Source: an uncultured Eubacteriales bacterium (GTDB taxonomy: Bacteria > Bacillota > Clostridia > Christensenellales > Aristaeellaceae). Taken from it: a DNA stretch of 32,000 bases. The notes beneath the pieces were generated by a model. That model was not told where the DNA came from. It saw only the letters and a program-made list of their open reading frames with translations, and made no database searches. Positions 23,633 to 32,000 of the stretch are shown here, piece by piece (the stretch's first letter is position 1; every line of letters begins with the position of its first letter). The stretch spans positions 26,395 through 58,394 of the forward strand of contig CACZLE010000029.1 in assembly GCA_902781945.1 (NCBI GenBank). The letters run 5' to 3'. Made by a program: the position numbers and the translations under genes.

Positions 23633-26485
23633 TTACTGGATGCGAATGCCGTACATGAACGCGTTGTCCTTGCTGCAAGTACCAATGACCAACATATCAT
23701 TGTAGACCGCGGGGCTGGCCTGCACCTCGCCGCCCAACTCCAGGGTGTTGACCACCGCGCCGGTGAGGCCGTTCAGCAGATACAGCCGTCCGTTCATATC
23801 CGCCTGCACGATCCAGCCCTTGCCGTCCTTGTTGTACACGGCCACGGGGGAGGAAATGGCGGTGGCGTTCAATTCGCGCTGCCACACCACTTCGCCGGTC
23901 AGCTTATCCAGGGCCAGCACGGTGGCGTGCTTGCCGTCGCCGGTCATGTTGACGGTGAAGATGGCCAGGTCGCTCAGCTCGTTCTGGCCGATCAGGGGGC
24001 TGGCCTTCAGGCCGCTCAGCTGATCCTTGTTGTACACGCACTTGATCTCATAGCTCCACACCTCTTCGCCGGTCAGGGCGTCCAGGCGGCGCAGGGTCAC
24101 GGGCTTGTTGTTTTTCAGACGGGCATAGGCGGTGTTGCCGGTATAGAGGCCCAGATCGCCGTTTGCGTCAAAGTCCAGGGCCAGGGCGGCGTCGGTATTG
24201 TCGCCCGTGTCGATGGCCCACACGGTCTTCATGGTGTTGCTGTCCACGCAGGTCAGGATGCCATGGGTATCGGCGGAGTAGATATAGGGACCATAGGCGG
24301 CCACGCTGGTCTCCGCGCCCACGTCCTTCTCCTGCTCGCTCTTGGCCTTGACCTTGAGGAAGGACACGTTCTTGTTGATGTTCAGGCTGGGGCTGTCGGT
24401 CACGGTGCCGTCGTCGTTCAGGAACTTGAAGTCCGTGTTCATGGCCACGGTGTAGATCAGGCCGTTTTCACCGGCGATGATCAGGGAATCGCTGCTGCGG
24501 TCAAAGATCGCGCTGCCGTCGAAGGCGCCGTTGCTGGCGTACTGATCCTGCTGATTGCTCTTGCGTCCGTTCAGCAGCATGATCTCCTTGCCGTCCAGCA
24601 GGCTGAATACCCGCAGGCCTATGTCGCCGGTCTTGTTGGGCAGCTTCGATATGGCCTGGCCAACGGCCAGATAGGGATACCCCTGGGGATTGACGGCCAC
24701 GCTGGATTTCAGCGGATAGCCCACGTTGATGGCGTCGCGGGTGGGCTGGCCGTCGTTCAGATCCAGGAAGTGGATCTTGCCGTCCAGGCCGCCGAAAATG
24801 ACCTCCTTGAGCACGCTCACGTCGCGCTTTTCGTCATAAATATTCATCCACAGGGTGCGCTGTTCGGTCATCAGCTTGATGATGGAGGGCTGGCCCGTCC
24901 AGCCCACGCCGTACAGGGTGCCGCTGTCCGCGGTGCGCAGGCTGCCCAGCTCGTATTTCCATTCCACGCTCAGGCTTTCCTGCTGCACGTCCACGGTACC
25001 GTAGGCGGCGTTCTGGCGGAAGTTGCCGCCGCGGAAGGCGGTCACGCCGTTATACAGGGAATAGGTCTCCGGCGCGCCCATGCTGATGCTCTCGGTGCGG
25101 TTCAGGGTGTCCGTCACCTTCTTGCCCGCCGAATAGACGGTCTCCACCAGGCCCAGCTTCTTGGGATCGGTATTTTCGGAGCCGGTCACCTCCAGCTGCG
25201 GCATGGGAGACGGGGTGGGCGTGGGCGAGGCGGTGGGCGTCGGGGTGGGGGTGGGCGTAGGCGTCGGCGTGGGAGTCGGCGTCGGGGTAGGCGTCGGCGT
25301 CGGCGTGGCCGTGGGGATGGGCGTAAAGGTGGGCGCCAGGGTCGGCGTGGCCGTGGGCGCCTGGGTGGGCACGGCTGTGGGGACCGGCGTGGGCGCTTCG
25401 GTCACTTCCACCACCGCCGCGGGGGCCTCCGTCACGGGGACCGGGGTGTCGGTGGGGACCGGCGTGGGGGTGGCTGTGGGTTCCGCCGTAGGCGTCGCCG
25501 TGGGAACGGGCGTCGGCGTGGCCGTGGGTTCCGGCGTGGGCGCGGTGACCAGCAGGGTCAGCTTCTTGTCCGACTGCCGCCAGGTATTGCCCTCCTGCAC
25601 GGCGGCGTACACGTCGCCCACATACGCATCCTCAAAACGGATGGTCACCACCCAGGTGGTGTTGTCGTCGGGGTCCATGCACTGACGGGAGCTGGGCAGC
25701 AAATTGCCCTGCACGTCCGTGATGCCCACATCCTGCACCGCCTTGGTGGTGGTGATGCTGAACTGCATCTGACCGCCCACAGTGATGGAGGAATTGGCCG
25801 TCTGGAACAGGTGGACGTCCGCCGGGCTCGTATCGATGCCCAGCACGCCGGCCAGCTTGTCGCGCAGATCGTACACCGCGCTGATAAAGCCGCCGCCGTC
25901 CGCGGGGCGGTCCACCGCCTTGGGCAGGAACACCATGCCCGCGGCGAACAGCGCGATGACCAGCAGCAGGCACAGCAGGGCCGCCAGCCATCCATGGCCC
26001 CGGCCACCCTCGTCATCGTCGTAATAATCGTTATCCTGGGGATACAGATCCTCCCCCAGCTGGGAATCCTGGGCAGAATAGCGCGGCGGCTCGGGCGGCA
26101 GCTCTCCCGCGCCGTAAACCGGCACGTCCTCCTCCGGCAGGGTCTCAGGCTCCGGCTTGACCTCCTGCCGGGGCGGCTGGTCCGCGAAGGGATCAAAATC
26201 CAGCTCCTTGCCCGCGCCCACGGGCGGCATTTTCCGGGTGGGCTCGCTGCTCACATCCAGCTCCGCCAAAAAATCCTCCGATACCGGCACTTCCGGCCTC
26301 GCCGGGGCGGACGTTACCTCCTCCGGCTGCGCCGGGGCGGGCTCTTCTATGATTTCCGGTTCCTCTGGCATGGCAGCCGGTACGGGCGTTTTTTCCACCG
26401 GCAGGCCGCGATGGCGGTCCGAGCGGCGGCGGCGCACGTAGGGCGTCTGCTCCTGCGGGGTTTTGGGATCAAAATCATCAGCCAT
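23633..26485 (-). CDS. Single-pass membrane protein: acidic/Pro-rich cytoplasmic N-terminus, PT-rich linker, C-terminal PQQ-like beta-propeller
   Basis: 950 aa. TM WLAALLCLLLVIALFAAGMVFL. Propeller-type repeats (GKIHFLDLNDGQ, LDALTGEEVW, LDKLTGEVVWQ, GRLYLLNGLTGAVV). AAGGAG precedes ATG 26485. Confidence 0.85.
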   Translation of the reverse strand: MADDFDPKTPQEQTPYVRRRRSDRHRGLPVEKTPVPAAMPEEPEIIEEPAPAQPEEVTSAPARPEVPVSEDFLAELDVSSEPTRKMPPVGAGKELDFDPFADQPPRQEVKPEPETLPEEDVPVYGAGELPPEPPRYSAQDSQLGEDLYPQDNDYYDDDEGGRGHGWLAALLCLLLVIALFAAGMVFLPKAVDRPADGGGFISAVYDLRDKLAGVLGIDTSPADVHLFQTANSSITVGGQMQFSITTTKAVQDVGITDVQGNLLPSSRQCMDPDDNTTWVVTIRFEDAYVGDVYAAVQEGNTWRQSDKKLTLLVTAPTPEPTATPTPVPTATPTAEPTATPTPVPTDTPVPVTEAPAAVVEVTEAPTPVPTAVPTQAPTATPTLAPTFTPIPTATPTPTPTPTPTPTPTPTPTPTPTPTASPTPTPSPMPQLEVTGSENTDPKKLGLVETVYSAGKKVTDTLNRTESISMGAPETYSLYNGVTAFRGGNFRQNAAYGTVDVQQESLSVEWKYELGSLRTADSGTLYGVGWTGQPSIIKLMTEQRTLWMNIYDEKRDVSVLKEVIFGGLDGKIHFLDLNDGQPTRDAINVGYPLKSSVAVNPQGYPYLAVGQAISKLPNKTGDIGLRVFSLLDGKEIMLLNGRKSNQQDQYASNGAFDGSAIFDRSSDSLIIAGENGLIYTVAMNTDFKFLNDDGTVTDSPSLNINKNVSFLKVKAKSEQEKDVGAETSVAAYGPYIYSADTHGILTCVDSNTMKTVWAIDTGDNTDAALALDFDANGDLGLYTGNTAYARLKNNKPVTLRRLDALTGEEVWSYEIKCVYNKDQLSGLKASPLIGQNELSDLAIFTVNMTGDGKHATVLALDKLTGEVVWQRELNATAISSPVAVYNKDGKGWIVQADMNGRLYLLNGLTGAVVNTLELGGEVQASPAVYNDMLVIGTCSKDNAFMYGIRIQ
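25199..25545. repeat. Imperfect hexanucleotide (GGN-GTN on plus strand) tract encoding a ~115-aa Pro/Thr linker that includes a (TP)12-like run
   Basis: GGCGTCGGCGTGGGAGTCGGCGTCGGGGTAGGCGTCGGCGTCGGC... It translates on the minus strand as TPTPTPTPTPTP... Codon use varies between units. Confidence 0.8.
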
Positions 26486-26537
26486 GCTGTATACTCCTTG
26501 AATCGTCGAAATTGAGGGAATACGAATTCAATATAAT

Positions 26538-26566
26538 ATTATAACAGCCCTTGCGCAAAATAGCAA
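26538..26566 (-). promoter_or_regulatory. Promoter of the beta-propeller protein gene
   Basis: On the minus strand: TTGCTA (26561-26566), 17 nt, TGtTATAAT (-10 at 26538-26543). Confidence 0.6.
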
Positions 26567-26610
26567 GCTGCCCCGCTGACTTTTCGCCCGCCGATTCTTG
26601 CCGCAGCACC

Positions 26611-26639
26611 TTGTGAAAACCGCAAAAAAATGGTAAGAT
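26611..26639 (+). promoter_or_regulatory. Promoter of the GT2-GtrA / lepA transcription unit
   Basis: TTGTGA (26611-26616), 17 nt, extended -10 TGgTAAGAT (-10 at 26634-26639). Confidence 0.55.
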
Positions 26640-26697
26640 ATGATGACCGCATTTGTGTGCGGAACGATTACGGCTTAAACGAGGAGCTTCTATATTC

Positions 26698-27801
26698 ATG
26701 AAAGCAGATAAGCTATGCGTGCTGATCCCCTCCCTGGAGCCCGACGAACGGCTGCCCCGGTATGTGGATTCCCTGCTGGCGGCGGGGTTTGGCCAGGTGG
26801 TGGTGGTCAACGACGGCTCCGGCCCGGAATATCAGCCCATTTTTGATGAAATATCCGCCCGGGAGCGCTGCCGCGTGCTGGGCTATGAAGTAAACCACGG
26901 CAAGGGCTACGCCCTGCGCCACGGCATCCAATACATCAAGGACCGCACGGATTTTGACGGCGTCATCACGGCGGACGCCGACGGCCAGCACACCGCCCCG
27001 GACACCCTCAAATTGGCTGCGGAGCTGCAGGCCGACCAGAAGGAACTGCTGCTGGGCAGCCGGGATTTTTCCGGCAAGAACAAAAATATCCCCAGCCGTT
27101 CCCGCTTTGGCAACCGCATGACCAGCGGGGTGTTCAGGCTCCTGTACGGCAAATGGCTGCCCGACACCCAGACGGGCCTGCGGGCGGTGAGCCGGGCCTG
27201 CTACGGGGATCTGCTGGCCATCACCGGGGATCGCTTCGAGTATGAAATGAACATGCTCATCTATTTTGCCGTGCGCAAGATGGCCTTCAAGATCATCCCC
27301 ATCGAGACCATCTACCTGGAGGAAAACAAGAGCAGCCACTTCCATCCCCTGCGGGATTCCTGGCGCATCTACAAGCTGCTGCTGGGCTCCTTCTTCCGGT
27401 ACAGCGCCAGCAGCATCCTTTCCTTTCTGATCGATTACGCGGTGCTGAGCCTGCTGATGTTCTGGGTCTTTAAGGACAGGCCGGACATCACGCTGCTGGG
27501 CATCCCCTTCAGCTTCAAGGCCCTGGTGGCCACGCCCATCGCCCGGCTGTGCTCCGCCCCGGTCAACTTCCTGCTCAACAAAAAGTTCGTCTTCGGGGTC
27601 AAAAACAGCCGCGGGGCCGTGGGACGCTATATCGTGCTGGCCGTCCTGTGCCTGGTGATCACCACCCTGCTTTTCGGCTTCCTGGACCACTATGTGCACA
27701 CCAACGTCCTGCATATCCTGCTCAAGATCGTCATTGACACCTTCATGTATATCTTCAATTACCGCATTCAGCGCGGCTGGGTTTTCAAGGAGAATCAGTA
27801 A
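26698..27801 (+). CDS. Family 2 glycosyltransferase fused to a GtrA-like membrane domain
   Basis: GAGGAG precedes ATG 26698. GT2 motifs [12 protein letters not shown] and ITADADGQH. The C-terminal ~130 aa contain four TM segments of GtrA type. Confidence 0.85.
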   Translation: MKADKLCVLIPSLEPDERLPRYVDSLLAAGFGQVVVVNDGSGPEYQPIFDEISARERCRVLGYEVNHGKGYALRHGIQYIKDRTDFDGVITADADGQHTAPDTLKLAAELQADQKELLLGSRDFSGKNKNIPSRSRFGNRMTSGVFRLLYGKWLPDTQTGLRAVSRACYGDLLAITGDRFEYEMNMLIYFAVRKMAFKIIPIETIYLEENKSSHFHPLRDSWRIYKLLLGSFFRYSASSILSFLIDYAVLSLLMFWVFKDRPDITLLGIPFSFKALVATPIARLCSAPVNFLLNKKFVFGVKNSRGAVGRYIVLAVLCLVITTLLFGFLDHYVHTNVLHILLKIVIDTFMYIFNYRIQRGWVFKENQ

Positions 27802-29609
27802 TGGCAAACGACAGACTTTCCCACATCCGCAATTTCTGCATCATCGCCCACATCGACCACGGCAAAAGCACCCTGGCGGACCGCATTTTGGAATTGACCG
27901 GCGTGTTTGAAAAGCGCGAGATGGTGGAGCAGATCCTGGACAGCATGGAGCTGGAGCGGGAACGCGGCATCACCATCAAGAGCAAGGCCGTGCGCATGAG
28001 CTACAAGGCCAAGAACGGCCAGACCTACGAGCTGAACCTCATCGACACCCCCGGCCACGTGGACTTTACCTATGAGGTCAGCCGCGCCCTGGCGGCCTGC
28101 GAAGGGGCCCTGCTGGTGGTGGACGCCACCCAGGGCATCGAGGCCCAGACCCTGGCGAATGTGTACATGGCCCTGGAGCACGACCTGGAGACCATCCCGG
28201 TGATCAACAAGATCGATCTGCCCTCCGCCGAGCCCGAGGCCGTGCGCCAGGAGATCGAGGAGGTCATCGGCCTGGACGCCTCCATGGCTCCCCTGACCAG
28301 CGCCAAGCAGGGCATCGGCATCGAGGACGTATTGGAGGCCGTGGTCAACCACATGCCCCCGCCCGAGGGCGACGAGACCAAGCCCTTAAAGGCCCTGGTG
28401 TTCGACGCCAAATACGACAACTACCGCGGGGCCATCTGCTATGTGCGCGTCATGGAGGGCCGGGTGTACCCCGGCATGCGCATGCGCATGATGCAGACCG
28501 GCGCGGAGTTCGACGTGGTGGAGACGGGCTATCTGAGCCCCGGCTGCGTGCCCGCCCAGGAGCTGCTGGCGGGCGAGGTGGGCTACATCGCCGCCAGCAT
28601 CAAGGATCTGCGGGACACCCGGGTGGGCGACACCGTCACCGACGCCGCCCGGCCCGCCGACGAGGCCCTGCCCGGCTACCGCGAGGTGACCCCCATGGTC
28701 TACTGCGGCATCTATCCCGCCGACGGCGCGGACTACGAGAACCTCAAGGACGCTCTGGAAAAGCTGCGCATGAACGACGCGGCTCTGAGCTACGAGCCAG
28801 AAACCAGCGTGGCCCTGGGCTACGGCTTCCGCTGCGGCTTCCTGGGACTTTTGCACATGGAAATCATCCAGATGCGCCTGGAGCGGGAATTTGACCTGGA
28901 TCTGGTGACCACCGTGCCCAGCGTCATCTACGAGGTCATCAAGACCAACGGCGAAACCGTGATGATCGACAACCCCACCAGCCTGCCCCCCATCACCGAG
29001 ATCGCGGAGATGAAGGAGCCCTTCGTGCTGGTGACTATCTACACGCCCCAGGATTACGTGGGCACGCTGATGGATCTATGCCAGGACAAGCGCGGCACCT
29101 TCAAGGATATGCAGTATGAGGGAGGCCGGGTCAAATTGACCTACGATATCCCGCTCAACGAGGTCATTTTCGATTTCTTCGACGCCCTCAAGAGCCGCAG
29201 CCGGGGCTACGCCAGCATGGATTACGAGCTGAAGGGCTACATGACCAGCGACCTGGTGAAGCTGGACTTTCTGCTCAACGGCGATATCTGCGACGCCTTC
29301 ACCATGATCGTGCACCGGGATCGGGCCTACGCCCGGGGCCGCAGCATCGCGGAAAAGCTGGTGGAGGTCATTCCGCGCCAGCAGTTCGATATCCCCATCC
29401 AGGCGGCCATCGGCGGCAAGGTCATCGCCCGGGAGACCGTCAAGGCCGTGCGCAAGGACGTGCTCGCGAAATGCTACGGCGGCGATATCACCCGCAAGAA
29501 GAAGCTGCTGGAAAAGCAGAAGGAAGGCAAAAAGAAGATGCGGCAGTTCGGCACCGTGGAGGTGCCCAGCGAGGCCTTCATGAAGGTGCTCAAAATGAAC
29601 GATGATTGA
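27801..29609 (+). CDS. lepA: Elongation factor 4 (LepA)
   Basis: [33 protein letters not shown] and the LepA-specific C-terminal domain. The ATG overlaps the upstream stop (TAATG). Confidence 0.97.
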   Translation: MANDRLSHIRNFCIIAHIDHGKSTLADRILELTGVFEKREMVEQILDSMELERERGITIKSKAVRMSYKAKNGQTYELNLIDTPGHVDFTYEVSRALAACEGALLVVDATQGIEAQTLANVYMALEHDLETIPVINKIDLPSAEPEAVRQEIEEVIGLDASMAPLTSAKQGIGIEDVLEAVVNHMPPPEGDETKPLKALVFDAKYDNYRGAICYVRVMEGRVYPGMRMRMMQTGAEFDVVETGYLSPGCVPAQELLAGEVGYIAASIKDLRDTRVGDTVTDAARPADEALPGYREVTPMVYCGIYPADGADYENLKDALEKLRMNDAALSYEPETSVALGYGFRCGFLGLLHMEIIQMRLEREFDLDLVTTVPSVIYEVIKTNGETVMIDNPTSLPPITEIAEMKEPFVLVTIYTPQDYVGTLMDLCQDKRGTFKDMQYEGGRVKLTYDIPLNEVIFDFFDALKSRSRGYASMDYELKGYMTSDLVKLDFLLNGDICDAFTMIVHRDRAYARGRSIAEKLVEVIPRQQFDIPIQAAIGGKVIARETVKAVRKDVLAKCYGGDITRKKKLLEKQKEGKKKMRQFGTVEVPSEAFMKVLKMNDD

Positions 29610-29626
29610 TGGGAGGACCCACAGAG

Positions 29627-29794
29627 ATGGACGACAGAAAATCAGTTGCCAAGCAATCCGTCAAAACCGGCATCACCTTCGGCAGCGCCCTGGCCATGGT
29701 GATCAGCTATACCACCTGGCATTCCGTGGGCTGGGCCATCATTCACGGCCTGCTCAGCTGGGTGTACGTGATCTATTTTGTGATTCGCTATTAA
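29627..29794 (+). CDS. Small two-TM membrane protein (55 aa), function unknown
   Basis: GGGAGGA at 29611-29617 precedes ATG 29627. Two hydrophobic helices (ITFGSALAMVISY and WAIIHGLLSWVYVIYFVI). Confidence 0.5.
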   Translation: MDDRKSVAKQSVKTGITFGSALAMVISYTTWHSVGWAIIHGLLSWVYVIYFVIRY

Positions 29795-29810
29795 AAAATC
29801 AGAGGGGCAC

Positions 29811-30917
29811 ATGCGCTACGAAGAAGCCGTAACCGCCATCAAAACCGCCATTCTGCAAAGCCAGTATGACGCCGCGAAATCCGTCAATGAAAAGCAGCTG
29901 ATGCTGTATTTCAGCATCGGCAAGTACATTTCCGCCAATTCTCGGGGTGGATTTTGGGGCAGCGGTGCCATTGACGCCATCAGCGAGCAGCTGGATAAGG
30001 AATTGCCCGGGCTGAGAGGCTTTTCCGCCCGCAGCCTGCGGTATATGCGCACCTTTTACGAGGAATGGGCGTATCTGGAAAACGATCATAATTCGGAATC
30101 CGCCGGTGCCAAAATAGAGCTTGCAATTTGGCACCCGCCGGTGCCAAATTACGATGCTTTTCCCTTTGACGATTTTTTCGCCATCGGCTTTTCCCATCAC
30201 CGCACCATTCTCTCCATGGTCAAGGATCCCCAGGAAAGGATCTTCTACATTCGGCGCTGCGCCGATCAGCGATACAGCCGGGAAGCCCTGAAAGCTGCAA
30301 TCGCCCGGGATGAATTTCATCATCAAGCCACGCTCCCCAACAACTTTTTAACAACCTTTTCCGCGGCGGAGCAGGCGTTTCGGGCGGTTCACACCTTCAA
30401 GGACGAGTATCTGCTGGACTTCATCAACGTAGAGGAATTGGGCGTCCGAGACAATCAGGAGCTTGATGAAAGGGTTGTGGAAAACGCCATCGTCCATCAC
30501 ATCAAGCAGTTTATTATGACCTTCGGCAAGGATTTTACCTTTGTCCGGAATCAATATCATCTTCAGGCCTTTGGAGAAGATCAATACATCGATCTCCTGT
30601 TTTTTAACCGCGCGCTCAACTGTCTTGTGGCCGTGGAGCTGAAAACCGGCAAATTCAAAACCGCCTATCTGGGTCAGCTCTCCGCCTATTTGAGCATCCT
30701 GGATGAATATGAAAAAAAGCCTCATGAGAATCCCTCCATCGGCATCATCCTTTGCAAAGACATGAACAAAGCCTTTGTGGACTTCGTCATCCGGGATTAT
30801 TCCAAGCCCATGGGCGTAGCCACCTACAAAACCTCCAAGGATATGTCCGACGAGCTGAAAAGGGCTCTGCCTGATATTGACGATCTCAAAAAGCTGCTGG
30901 ATTCGACCAATGAATAA
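29811..30917 (+). CDS. YhcG/DUF1016-family PD-(D/E)xK nuclease-like protein
   Basis: N-terminal region (LMLYFSIGKYI...LRGFSARSLRYMRTFYEEW) and C-terminal nuclease core (IDLLFFNRALNCLVAVELKTGKF...GQLSAYL). Its G+C is visibly lower than its neighbours. Confidence 0.8.
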   Translation: MRYEEAVTAIKTAILQSQYDAAKSVNEKQLMLYFSIGKYISANSRGGFWGSGAIDAISEQLDKELPGLRGFSARSLRYMRTFYEEWAYLENDHNSESAGAKIELAIWHPPVPNYDAFPFDDFFAIGFSHHRTILSMVKDPQERIFYIRRCADQRYSREALKAAIARDEFHHQATLPNNFLTTFSAAEQAFRAVHTFKDEYLLDFINVEELGVRDNQELDERVVENAIVHHIKQFIMTFGKDFTFVRNQYHLQAFGEDQYIDLLFFNRALNCLVAVELKTGKFKTAYLGQLSAYLSILDEYEKKPHENPSIGIILCKDMNKAFVDFVIRDYSKPMGVATYKTSKDMSDELKRALPDIDDLKKLLDSTNE

Positions 30918-30929
30918 GTAAAGAAGCGC

Positions 30930-32000
30930 ATGGAACCAAAATATACCGAAAAATTTGAATGGATGCAGAACCGGCTGGAGGAGCTCAGCGAAGCGGTGGG
31001 CCAGCCGGACGTGATGGCGGACGTGCCCAAGTGGCAGGCCCTTTTGCGGGAGCGCGCCCAATTGGAGCCCGCGGTGAATGCCTGGCTGGATTATCAGCGA
31101 CTGTGCGCCCATCTGGCGGAAGCCCAGGAGCTGTGCGACGATCCGGATATGGGCGAGATGGCCAAAGAGGAATGCAAGCAGCTGGCTGAGCAGGAGAAGG
31201 AAGCGGCGGAGCGGCTCAAGCTGTTTTTGCTGCCCCAGGACCCCAACGACCAGCGCAACGTCATCCTGGAGGTCCGGGCCGGCGCGGGCGGCGACGAAGC
31301 CAGCCTGTTCGCGGCGCTGCTGCTGCGCATGTACATGCGCTACGCCGAGCGCAAGGGCTGGCAGGCCAGCGTTACCAGCATCAGCGATACCGAGCTGGGC
31401 GGCGTAAAGGAGGCCGTAGTCACCATCACAGGCCGTGGCGCGTTCAGCCGACTCAAGTTTGAAAGCGGCGTCCACCGCATCCAGCGAGTGCCCGTCACCG
31501 AGGCCGGCGGGCGTATCCACACCAGCACCGCCACCGTGGCCGTGCTGCCCGAGGCCGAGACCGTGGAGGTGGATATCCGGCAGGAGGACCTGCGCATCGA
31601 CACCTACCGCGCCAGCGGCCATGGCGGCCAGTACATCAACCGCACGGACAGCGCCGTGCGCATCACCCACCTGCCCACGGGCACGGTGGTCACCTGCCAG
31701 GACGAAAAGAGCCAGCTGAAAAACAAGGAAAAGGCCATGAAGGTCCTGGCCAGCCGCCTCTACGACCTCTACCGCACCCAGGCCGACAGCGCCTATGCCG
31801 AAAACCGCCGCGCCCAGGTGGGCACCGGCGAGCGCAACGAGCGCATCCGCACCTACAACTTTCCCCAGGGCCGCGTCACCGATCACCGTGTGGGCCTCAC
31901 CCTCTACAAGATCGACGCCATCGTGGACGGCGACCTGGACGAGATCATCGACGCTCTCACCGTTGAGGATCAGGCTGAAAAGCTCAAGGCGCTGGGGTGA
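30930..32000 (+). CDS. prfA: Peptide chain release factor 1
   Basis: RF1-type tripeptide PVT in [17 protein letters not shown] and the GGQ motif [23 protein letters not shown]. Stop TGA ends exactly at 32000. Confidence 0.95.
   Translation: MEPKYTEKFEWMQNRLEELSEAVGQPDVMADVPKWQALLRERAQLEPAVNAWLDYQRLCAHLAEAQELCDDPDMGEMAKEECKQLAEQEKEAAERLKLFLLPQDPNDQRNVILEVRAGAGGDEASLFAALLLRMYMRYAERKGWQASVTSISDTELGGVKEAVVTITGRGAFSRLKFESGVHRIQRVPVTEAGGRIHTSTATVAVLPEAETVEVDIRQEDLRIDTYRASGHGGQYINRTDSAVRITHLPTGTVVTCQDEKSQLKNKEKAMKVLASRLYDLYRTQADSAYAENRRAQVGTGERNERIRTYNFPQGRVTDHRVGLTLYKIDAIVDGDLDEIIDALTVEDQAEKLKALG

Noticed and set aside
25199-25545. Periodic GGCGTN tract as a CRISPR array or non-coding satellite
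   Set aside because: The period is 6 nt with no repeat-spacer organisation, and it is in frame inside a well-supported CDS, where it encodes a Pro/Thr linker.
21089-26515. Very long plus-strand ORFs (21089-22471, 21996-23705, and 23621-26515 encoding a 964-aa Arg/Gly-rich product, including the GVGVGV stretch at 25161-25685)
   Set aside because: They are antisense shadows of the radical SAM, glpK and beta-propeller genes, all of which have clear family motifs, SDs, promoters and terminators on the minus strand.
26640-26678. 12-codon ORF (MMTAFVCGTITA) directly after the GT2-GtrA promoter, considered as a leaderless leader peptide
   Set aside because: Its ATG begins immediately after the -10 hexamer (26639). 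The expected transcription start (~26646) lies downstream of the start codon, and it has no SD.

Overview
A 32 kb chromosomal segment from a high-G+C, Firmicutes-type genome. The taxon is an inference from strong GGAGG Shine-Dalgarno sites, the infC-rpmI-rplT layout and Clostridia-like gene content. The window is densely coding and mostly housekeeping. Left to right it holds: the 3' part of pfkA; a promoter, 22-codon leader ORF and intrinsic terminator in front of an asymmetric heterodimeric ABC exporter pair; a small zinc-ribbon gene overlapping a sigma-70 region-4-like gene (minus strand); a membrane metallophosphoesterase; an SDR (sorbitol-6-P dehydrogenase-like); an M16 peptidase / dimeric-dUTPase-like / M55 D-aminopeptidase cluster; a translationally coupled MATE / secreted MBL hydrolase / YczE-like operon (minus); the infC-rpmI-rplT operon with a consensus promoter, leader attenuator and probable non-AUG infC start; a lower-G+C block holding a 7TM-receptor histidine kinase, an OmpR-type response regulator and an 803-aa secreted protein made almost entirely of Cys/His knuckle repeats; glpK overlapping an uncharacterised radical-SAM gene; a 950-aa membrane-anchored PT-linker/PQQ-like beta-propeller protein; a GT2-GtrA fusion overlapping lepA; a small membrane protein and a low-G+C YhcG/DUF1016 PD-(D/E)xK nuclease gene; and prfA. 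I found no rRNA, tRNA, CRISPR array, transposase or integrase. The items most worth follow-up are the Cys-rich repeat protein with its adjacent two-component system, the leader-peptide attenuator of the ABC exporter, the possibly leaderless zinc-ribbon/sigma-like pair, the glpK-radical SAM coupling, and four intergenic regions packed with GC-rich hairpins, one of which can be drawn as a compact 4-way junction. All family calls come from reading motifs by eye; no searches were run.
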